Source: Pseudomonadota bacterium (GTDB lineage Bacteria > Desulfobacterota > Desulfobulbia > Desulfobulbales > SURF-16). Taken from it: a stretch of 33,209 bases of DNA. The DNA lies in NCBI GenBank assembly GCA_030597865.1, contig JAUVQZ010000003.1, positions 1 to 33,209 of the forward strand, written 5' to 3'. The notes below the pieces were generated by a model. That model was not told the DNA's origin. It made no database searches and was given only the letters and a program-made list of their open reading frames with translations. The translations under genes were made by a program, and so were the position numbers. This document shows, in pieces, positions 26,214 to 33,209 of this stretch. Positions within the stretch are counted from its first letter, which is position 1. Every line of letters begins with the position of its first letter.

Positions 26214-28105
26214 ATTTCAAAAACATGACAATCGGTAAACGAATCACCCTGGGTTATGCCTTTATCATAGCCCTTCTCGTTGTCCTTGCCGCTACCAGCT
26301 ACACAGGGGTGGGCGGCATTGTTAGCAACGCCGCCGAGGTCATTGACGGCAATAAGCTGAATGGCCTCCTGACCCAGAGGGAGGTGGATCATCTCAACTG
26401 GGTTGCCCAGGTCAACAGCCTGCTCACCGATGACAGTATCACCACCCTGACCGTGGAGATGGATGACCATCAATGCGGCTTAGGCAAGTGGCTCTACAGT
26501 GATGAGCGCCTGGAGGCCGAAGGGCTGGTGCCCAGCCTGGCCCCCCTCCTGAAAAAGATCGAAGAGCCCCATTATCGGCTCCATAATTCCGCCATAGAGA
26601 TCAAAGAGGTGTTCAGGCAGGCAGACGTCTCCCTGCCTTTGAGGTTGACCGAGATTGAGGCGGCCCACCTGGCCTGGGCCGGTAGGATCCGGGACGGCCT
26701 TATTGCTGGCAACGCTAGCCTGAATAATGTTCAGACCGATCCCGGCAAATGTGTCCTGGGCACGTTTCTCACCTCGCCTGAGGGCCGCAGGGCCTATGAG
26801 GCTGGGGATGGGGATTTTAAAAGGGTGTGGGGGGGCATCCCGGCCTCCCATAACCGCATGCACCAGTCTGCCAGCCGCATCAAGGAGGCCCTGGCCAGCG
26901 GAGACAGCGGTTCTGCCAAGCTGATCTTCCAGGAGGAGACGAGACCCATGCTGGCCGCCACCGTAAAGTCCTTACGGGATCTGAGCACAGTGGCCGGCCA
27001 TGAGCTCAAGGGCATGCAGCAGGCCAACCAGATCTATGCCCAGCAGACCATGCCCGCCCTCCATGAGGTGCAGGATCTCCTCCACCAGGTCAGCGCTGAG
27101 GCCAAGAGCAACATCATGACCGATGGGGCCATGCTGCAGGCAGCCAGCTCCACCCGTCTCAAGGTATCGGTGCTGGCCCTGTTCATCATCGCGGCCGCCG
27201 TCCTTATCGCCTTTTTTACGGCCACACGGCTCATTACCCTGTTGAGCGGTATCGTTAGCCAGCTGGGCCAGGGCTCCTCTGAGGTGAACTCCGCCTCCGG
27301 ACAGATCGCCGCCGCCAGTCACAGTTTGGCCGAAGGGGCCTCGGAGCAGGCCGCCACCCTGGAGGAGACCTCCTCTGCCCTGGAGGAGGTGTCATCCCTG
27401 ACCCGCCAGAACGCCGACAACACCGGTCAGGCGGATATCCTCATGACAGAGACCAGGGAGGCCATTGGTACGGCAGATCACTCCATGCAGGAGCTGAGCC
27501 GTTCCATGGCCGAGATCTCCCAGGCCAGCAGCGAGACCCAGAGGATCGTCAAGACCATTGATGAGATTGCCTTCCAGACCAACCTCCTGGCCTTGAATGC
27601 CGCGGTGGAGGCGGCCCGGGCCGGCGAGGCCGGCGCTGGTTTTGCCGTGGTGGCCGATGAGGTGCGGAACCTGGCCCTGCGGGCGGCTCAGTCTGCCAAG
27701 GAGACCTCGGGGCTCATTGATTCCACCGTGGAAAAGGTGGATCAGGGTGCGGAACTGTTGGTTGCGACAGGTGAGGATTTTTCCCGGGCTGCCCAGTCCT
27801 CCGAGAGGATGAGCACCCTGGTCAGCGAGATTACCACGGCCTCGGCTGAGCAGGCCCAGGGAATCGACCAGGTCAATAGGGCGGTGAATGAGATTGACAG
27901 CGTCACCCAGCTCAATGCCGCCGCCGCTGAGCAGTCTGCCTCGGCAGCCGAGGAACTCACCGGCCAGGCCGCCGCCATGCAGGATATTGTTGCCAATCTC
28001 CAGGCCATGGTGGGCGGCAGGGTAGGGGCTGAGGCGGCAAAGGCCAGTCCAGTCCAGACAGCAGTGGGGTCTGCCGCACCACAGCTCCAGCTCAGTGAGA
28101 AGTAG
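26210..28105 (+). CDS. Methyl-accepting chemotaxis protein with two CZB (chemoreceptor zinc-binding)-like domains
   Basis: DHLNW...HQCGLGKWL...HYRLH and AHLAW...KCVLGTFL...HNRMH between two TM helices. [23 protein letters not shown] tip. Confidence 0.9.
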   Translation: MNFKNMTIGKRITLGYAFIIALLVVLAATSYTGVGGIVSNAAEVIDGNKLNGLLTQREVDHLNWVAQVNSLLTDDSITTLTVEMDDHQCGLGKWLYSDERLEAEGLVPSLAPLLKKIEEPHYRLHNSAIEIKEVFRQADVSLPLRLTEIEAAHLAWAGRIRDGLIAGNASLNNVQTDPGKCVLGTFLTSPEGRRAYEAGDGDFKRVWGGIPASHNRMHQSASRIKEALASGDSGSAKLIFQEETRPMLAATVKSLRDLSTVAGHELKGMQQANQIYAQQTMPALHEVQDLLHQVSAEAKSNIMTDGAMLQAASSTRLKVSVLALFIIAAAVLIAFFTATRLITLLSGIVSQLGQGSSEVNSASGQIAAASHSLAEGASEQAATLEETSSALEEVSSLTRQNADNTGQADILMTETREAIGTADHSMQELSRSMAEISQASSETQRIVKTIDEIAFQTNLLALNAAVEAARAGEAGAGFAVVADEVRNLALRAAQSAKETSGLIDSTVEKVDQGAELLVATGEDFSRAAQSSERMSTLVSEITTASAEQAQGIDQVNRAVNEIDSVTQLNAAAAEQSASAAEELTGQAAAMQDIVANLQAMVGGRVGAEAAKASPVQTAVGSAAPQLQLSEK

Positions 28106-28185
28106 GGGCAACAGGGGCGGCGCTTGAAAAGTGGCCACAATAACGCAGTGAGAGAAGATACCCCCGTAACCAACGGTAAACGGAC

Positions 28186-29379
28186 ATGAACAGAAACAGA
28201 GTGGATCTCGCCACAATAAAGGAACGAGTCCTGGTGGTTGATGATGACCAGGATGTCCTTGCGATGCTCCAGTTCCAGTTGCTTAAATTGGGACTAGAGG
28301 CCGACATGGTCAACAGTGGCAGGCAGGCCGTTGATTTACTGGCGGATCATGGGTATGGCCTGGTTATCACCGACATAGGGATGCCGGAAATGAATGGCAT
28401 TGAGCTGCTGCGCTCTATCCGGCAGCATCAGCCCCATACGGATGTCCTGGTTATCTCGGGTTATTGTGACCTTTACAGCTTCACAGATATTATTGCTGAA
28501 GGTGCTGCTGACTTCATTACCAAACCATTTGAGCGGGATGAACTGAAGGCCAAGCTCCAACGTATCTTCAGGGAGAGGATGCTTGTTGCTGATTTGGCCC
28601 GGGTAAAGGAAAAGGAAAAATCGTTTTTCCTCCATATCGTTGAGTCATTAGCCATTTCCCTTGATGAGAAGGATCAATATACCCATGGCCATTCGCGTCG
28701 CGTTACCAATCTGGCCTTGGAGATGGCAGAGCATGTAACGGAAGAGACGGTGGATGTTGACCTGCTGAGTCTCTGTGGCATGCTCCATGACATCGGCAAG
28801 ATAGGTGTCCCTGATAGGATCTTGACAAGCCCGGACACACTTTCAGAGGAGGAGTTTGAAATCATTAAGAAACATCCGGTACAGGGCGCCCATATCCTCC
28901 AGCCCATGGAGTCGGATGAGAGGATAGCTGAGATCTCAAAGGTCATCAAGCACCACCATGAACGCTTTGACGGTACAGGCTATCCAAGTGGCCTCAGGGG
29001 AACCGCTATTCCTCTATTGGCCAGGATAATTGCCATTGCCGATAGCTTTGATGCCATGACCTCAGGCCGTTCTTACCGCGAGGGGTTAAGTATTGAGACT
29101 GCCATTGAGGAGATACGAAAGAATATGGGATCGCAATTTGATCCTGTTTTGGCGGAGAAGTTTATTTATCTCATGGAGGGCAATCAGGACCAGACTCCTT
29201 GTTCTCGCCTGTTGGAATGTGACATTTTCCTAAAGATAACAAAGAACGATGTCTCAAGGTTTTATAAAATGCAGTACTGCTTTGCCGACTTCAGGGGCTG
29301 CGCCCGTTATAAGATAGGCGATGGGGATGATTCCTCACTTAACCTGCTGCCTGATGGTACCTTTATCATGGAGCGCTAG
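28186..29379 (+). CDS. Response regulator with HD-GYP phosphodiesterase domain (RpfG-like) and Cys-rich C-terminal extension
   Basis: REC (VVDDD, TDIGMP, KPF), YTHGHS.RV, LHDIGKIG, HHERFDGTGYP, ADSFDAM, QFDP. Confidence 0.9.
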   Translation: MNRNRVDLATIKERVLVVDDDQDVLAMLQFQLLKLGLEADMVNSGRQAVDLLADHGYGLVITDIGMPEMNGIELLRSIRQHQPHTDVLVISGYCDLYSFTDIIAEGAADFITKPFERDELKAKLQRIFRERMLVADLARVKEKEKSFFLHIVESLAISLDEKDQYTHGHSRRVTNLALEMAEHVTEETVDVDLLSLCGMLHDIGKIGVPDRILTSPDTLSEEEFEIIKKHPVQGAHILQPMESDERIAEISKVIKHHHERFDGTGYPSGLRGTAIPLLARIIAIADSFDAMTSGRSYREGLSIETAIEEIRKNMGSQFDPVLAEKFIYLMEGNQDQTPCSRLLECDIFLKITKNDVSRFYKMQYCFADFRGCARYKIGDGDDSSLNLLPDGTFIMER

Positions 29380-29509
29380 GCGACAGGGCATACATTTGGT
29401 TCTTCGTCGATGGGCGGCAATGACTTTGTTTTTGCCACGGAATCCACGGAAAAATTGCCATAGGGTGGAAAAAGTTGAGCCTGCCAACCTGTACCTAACC
29501 ATTTTCCTG

Positions 29510-29569
29510 AACACAAAGGCACAGAGACACAGAGGGATTAGATGAAGAAAACCTCTGTGCCTTTGTGTT
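29510..29569. repeat. REP-like palindrome or bidirectional terminator between convergent genes
   Basis: AACACAAAGGCACAGAG (29510-29526) and CTCTGTGCCTTTGTGTT (29553-29569) form a perfect 17-bp inverted repeat with an extra ACACAGAG unit. Confidence 0.7.
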
Positions 29570-29623
29570 TGATAAACAACCTGCCAGATGGCCGGCCCGG
29601 CATGTACAAGGGAAGACCAGGGC

Positions 29624-30715
29624 CTATCTTTCAATAAATTCAGCAAGAAAAATCTTCCGCCAGCCTCTTCCCTGTCTCATCTGAGAGGGAGAGGAGGTGG
29701 TCTGTTTGATCAGTTCCTTCAGTTCGCCTTTGTTGCCCAGCAGGGCCGGGTCAATTCCGTGGCTATCTCCTTGCTGAACAATAAAGTCCTGGAGGCTGAC
29801 CAGGGCGGCTTTTTCCGTTTTGCTCAGCTTGATATTGCGTAACAGGGGGGGACAGTTCTTTTCTGATTGACCCAGACCCCTGTTCACCGACCCTATCATT
29901 GGGGGGCCATAGGCTGCCACGCACCGTGGGGAGATTTCACCGCACTCCTGTATGGCTGCTTGGTCGTCTAATCGTTGGCTGGCTATGCAGAGGAGGACAT
30001 TATCGCGGACAATATGTCCCCGGGGCCTATCTCTCTTTCGTGCCTCTTTTTCCCGCCAGAGGGTAAGTTCCTGGAGAATGGCAAGGGAGCGGCGATCCAG
30101 GCGGCTGGCGCCCCGTATCTTGAGATAGCGTTCCTGGTCACTTATTCCTCCATAGGTCTCAGGCTTGTCCAGTTTCTGCAGTTCTTCCTCCAGCCAGCTC
30201 CCGGCCTCAGGGGTGGCTCGCTCCAGCAACAGGGTCCGCATCTTGCCAAGATAACGGACATCGTCCAGGGCATATTCCTTTTGGCCATGGTCCAATGGAC
30301 GTTTGAGCCAGTTTGTCCGAGTTTCTGCTTTGTCCAGTTTGATCCCAAGGAGGATCTCGACAAGGGCTGCCAGGGAGAGGGTGGACGACAATCCCGCAAA
30401 GCCTGCCCCCAGCCTGGTGTCGAAAATGCTCTTCGGGTCTGCACCGGTGGCATGACGCAGGATGGCTAGATCCTGGGGGGCGTCATGCAATATTTTGACG
30501 ACTGCCGGATCAGCGAGTAAGTCGCCCAGGGGGGAGAGGTCGTCTAGGGCGCAGGGATCGATAAGGAAACACTCGTCCTGGGAAAGAGCCAGCTGAATCA
30601 AGCCCAGGCGGGGGTAATAGGTTCGTTCCCAGATAAATTCGGTGTCCAGGGCCACTGCATCCCTATTGCGGGCCCGTTTCACCACGTCCTGGAGGTCTTC
30701 TGCTCTATTAATCAT
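29624..30715 (-). CDS. rnd: Ribonuclease D
   Basis: VALDTEF, YYPRLGLIQ, KILH...QD, FDT, YALDDV (DEDDy exonuclease), then HRDC WRE.EA...DRP. Start taken at MINRAEDL. Confidence 0.88.
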   Translation of the reverse strand: MINRAEDLQDVVKRARNRDAVALDTEFIWERTYYPRLGLIQLALSQDECFLIDPCALDDLSPLGDLLADPAVVKILHDAPQDLAILRHATGADPKSIFDTRLGAGFAGLSSTLSLAALVEILLGIKLDKAETRTNWLKRPLDHGQKEYALDDVRYLGKMRTLLLERATPEAGSWLEEELQKLDKPETYGGISDQERYLKIRGASRLDRRSLAILQELTLWREKEARKRDRPRGHIVRDNVLLCIASQRLDDQAAIQECGEISPRCVAAYGPPMIGSVNRGLGQSEKNCPPLLRNIKLSKTEKAALVSLQDFIVQQGDSHGIDPALLGNKGELKELIKQTTSSPSQMRQGRGWRKIFLAEFIER

Positions 30716-30841
30716 TATTGCCTGCCGTGTAAAAAAAGTTTCATTGTCATGCCGGATAAAATCACTGTGTGAAACAAGACATGTCGGCACAAGAAAAACA
30801 AGTATTAATTATACAGTCTAGTGCTTGGCTGGTTAAAGAGT

Positions 30842-30890
30842 CACCCTTCGCCAGGCTCAGGGGCCGGTTTCCTGAGCCTGCCGAAGGGTG
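30842..30890. repeat. REP-like extragenic palindrome
   Basis: CACCCTTCGCCAGGCTCAGG-9 nt-CCTGAGCCTGCCGAAGGGTG, 19/20 complementary. Confidence 0.7.
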
Positions 30891-30974
30891 GACTTGCTTA
30901 TTAACAGGTTGCTATTTCAGGGTCTACCGTTTAAGGTGGGCGGCTTTTTCCCAAACTATATGATAAGGATAGCG

Positions 30975-32504
30975 ATGTTTGAGCTTTTTGTTAGAAGAAC
31001 GGCAAGTTTCAAGAATGATATACTGTCGGGCCTGACCGTGGCCCTGGCCCTGGTTCCCGAAGCAGTGGCCTTTTCCTTTGTGGCCGGGGTTGACCCATTG
31101 GTCGGTCTTTACGCCGCCTTTCTTGTCGGCCTGATCACCTCCGTTATCGGCGGTCGTCCGGGTATGATCTCCGGCGCCACCGGCGCCCTGGCCGTGGTCA
31201 TGGTCTCCCTGGTTGCCCAGCATGGGGTTGAGTATCTCTTTGCCGCCGTGGTGCTGATGGGGGTCATCCAGATCAGCGCTGGGATGTTGCGGTTGGGTAA
31301 GTTCGTCCGTCTCATTCCCCATCCGGTCATGCTTGGCTTTGTCAACGGCCTGGCCATTGTCATTTTTCTGGCCCAGCTCAACCAGTTCAAGGTTGAAAAT
31401 GCCGAGGGGATGCTGCAGTGGATGAGCGGCCCCATCCTGTGGCTGATGCTCGGCCTGGTGGCACTGACCATGGCCATCATCTATTTTCTGCCCAAACTGA
31501 CCCGGGTCGTCCCTTCCTCCCTGGTCGCTATTATTGTTATCACCGCCCTGGCCCACGGACTTAACCTCGATACCCGCATGGTTGGCGACCTGGCCTCGGT
31601 TGCCGGCGGCCTTCCCACCTTCCATATTCCTTTGGTGCCGCTGACCCTTGATAATATGATGATTATCCTTCCCTACTCATGCATTCTGGCCGCCATCGGT
31701 CTGATCGAGTCGCTGATGACCATGAGTCTGATCGACGAAATCACCGAGACCAGGGGGCGCGGCAACAAGGAATGCGTCGGCCAGGGGGTCGCCAATGTGG
31801 TGACCGGTTTCTTTGGTGGCATGGGGGGATGTGCCATGATCGGCCAGAGTATGATCAACGTTAACTCCGGCGGCCGGGGGCGGCTTTCCGGCATTTCTGC
31901 GGCCCTCTTTCTCCTGGTCTTTATCGTTTTCGCCTCGGGCCTTATTGAGATGATACCACTGGCTGCCCTGGTGGGGGTCATGTTCATGGTCGTTGTCGGA
32001 ACCTTTGCCTGGTCGAGCTTTCGTATTCTCCACAAGATTCCGTTTACCGATGCCCTGGTGCTGGTCCTTGTCTCCGGCGTCACCGTTGCCACTGACCTGG
32101 CCCTCGCCGTTGGTGTTGGTGTCGTTGTCTCGGCCCTGGTTTTTGCCTGGGAAAGCGCCAAACGTATCACCTCAACCAAGAGTATCGATGACTCCGGGGC
32201 CAAGGTCTACAGCCTGAGCGGCTCCCTCTTTTTCGGCTCGATCCAAAGTTTTCAGGACCAGTTCACCCCCCAGGAAGATCCGGACGAGGTGATCATCGAT
32301 TTTGGCCAGGCCAGGGTCTGCGATCATTCGGGCATCGAATCCATCAACAGTCTCACTGAGCGCTATCTGTCCAGGGGTAAAAAACTGCGCCTGAAACACC
32401 TCAGTTCGGAGTGCCGCACCCTGTTGCAGAACGCCGGCAGCATGATCGAGGTAAATGTCATCGAGGATCCACGCTACAGGGTTGCCACCGATCAGTTGGC
32501 CTGA
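30975..32504 (+). CDS. SulP/SLC26 family inorganic anion transporter with STAS domain
   Basis: DILSGLTVALALVPEAVAF, GGRPGMISGATGA, GGCAMIGQS, C-terminal STAS (G.LFFGS, IDF....DHSG). AAGGA RBS before ATG 30975. Confidence 0.92.
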   Translation: MFELFVRRTASFKNDILSGLTVALALVPEAVAFSFVAGVDPLVGLYAAFLVGLITSVIGGRPGMISGATGALAVVMVSLVAQHGVEYLFAAVVLMGVIQISAGMLRLGKFVRLIPHPVMLGFVNGLAIVIFLAQLNQFKVENAEGMLQWMSGPILWLMLGLVALTMAIIYFLPKLTRVVPSSLVAIIVITALAHGLNLDTRMVGDLASVAGGLPTFHIPLVPLTLDNMMIILPYSCILAAIGLIESLMTMSLIDEITETRGRGNKECVGQGVANVVTGFFGGMGGCAMIGQSMINVNSGGRGRLSGISAALFLLVFIVFASGLIEMIPLAALVGVMFMVVVGTFAWSSFRILHKIPFTDALVLVLVSGVTVATDLALAVGVGVVVSALVFAWESAKRITSTKSIDDSGAKVYSLSGSLFFGSIQSFQDQFTPQEDPDEVIIDFGQARVCDHSGIESINSLTERYLSRGKKLRLKHLSSECRTLLQNAGSMIEVNVIEDPRYRVATDQLA

Positions 32505-32660
32505 GTCTTTGGCCGTACAGCAAGGTGGAGACGAATCTCAGCCCCGCTGGTCTTAAAAGAGGCAGGACTACAGTGGCGGCCCATGGCAAAGGCTGCTACG
32601 TTGGAGCGGTTGTCTGTGGTGCTGTTTCCTTTAAACCCTGAGTCTGGATGATCCCTGCCC

Positions 32661-33209
32661 ATGCTGCTCATCTTCCCCCCTGTTGCCAAGCCGTGCGAGC
32701 CGCCGGCCGGTATTGCCCTCCTTGCCGGGATTCTGCATGGCCACGGTTTGCCCTGCACCTTGCTGGACGCCAACCTTGAAGGCCTACTTCATCTGCTTGA
32801 TTCGCCCCCTGCTCCCTCCGACACCTGGGGCCGCCGTGCCTGCCGTGGCCTGGATGCCAATCTAGCTCGCCTCAAAGATCCGCAACTCTATACCAACCCG
32901 GATCGTTACCAGCGTGCGGTGGCCGATGTCGGCCGGGTTCTTGACCTCATTGGCCGGCCCCATGGCCTGGGTTTGAGTCTCGCCAACTACCAGGATCAGG
33001 CCTTATCGCCGCTGAAAAGTGCGGACCTGCTGCGGGCCGCGGCAACACCCGAGTCAAACATCTTCCACCCCTATTTCAGCCAACGGTTGCCCGGCCTGAT
33101 CGCGGCCCAGAGGCCCAAGCTGGTGGGTATCTCCCTCAACTACCTGAGCCAGGCCATCACCACCTTTGCCCTGATCGGCTTTTTGAAGAAAAAATATCCC
33201 AGCCTGCCC
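32661..33209 (+). CDS. B12-binding-domain radical SAM protein, N-terminal part (runs off the window)
   Basis: Frame open to the window end: MLLIFPPVAKPCEPPAGIALLAG...LLDANLE...PKLVGISLNYLSQ, a typical cobalamin-binding N-terminus. The CxxxCxxC motif is not within the window. Confidence 0.65.
   Translation, partial: MLLIFPPVAKPCEPPAGIALLAGILHGHGLPCTLLDANLEGLLHLLDSPPAPSDTWGRRACRGLDANLARLKDPQLYTNPDRYQRAVADVGRVLDLIGRPHGLGLSLANYQDQALSPLKSADLLRAAATPESNIFHPYFSQRLPGLIAAQRPKLVGISLNYLSQAITTFALIGFLKKKYPSLP

Noticed and set aside
30842-30890. Palindrome as the cognate REP of the 6477 transposase
   Set aside because: No sequence similarity to the GGGGAC-type ends flanking that gene.

Overview
A 33 kb bacterial window. 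Gene content and style suggest a Desulfobacterota (Desulfobulbaceae-like) genome, which is inference only. Housekeeping-type flanks are amidohydrolase (partial), YqaA/DedA, pcm, a lipoprotein, an acidic Zn-ribbon protein and tRNA-Phe on the left, and RNase D, SulP and a partial B12-binding radical SAM gene on the right. Immediately after tRNA-Phe lies an AT-rich accessory patch. It holds a HATPase/STAS-like/membrane-protein operon, a frameshifted REP-associated-type tyrosine transposase with terminal inverted repeats, a cytidylyltransferase/PLP-enzyme/CDP-alcohol phosphotransferase operon, and a hemerythrin remnant cut by a 77-bp IS3-like mini-element. A dense sigma54/chemosensory block follows: an enhancer-binding protein, two MCPs, a 7-PAS hybrid kinase, an NtrC-like regulator and a REC-HD-GYP protein. 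The most unusual feature is a five-gene operon (21992-25915). It couples two Roadblock/MglB-like modules and a V4R-like protein to a putative COOH-NH2 amidoligase plus a class II glutamine amidotransferase, with no GTPase. It lies between two unannotated remnants of cheW (N-terminal at 14794, C-terminal at 26061) and shares a palindromic site with the downstream MCP. All family calls are from motif recognition by eye; no database searches were run.
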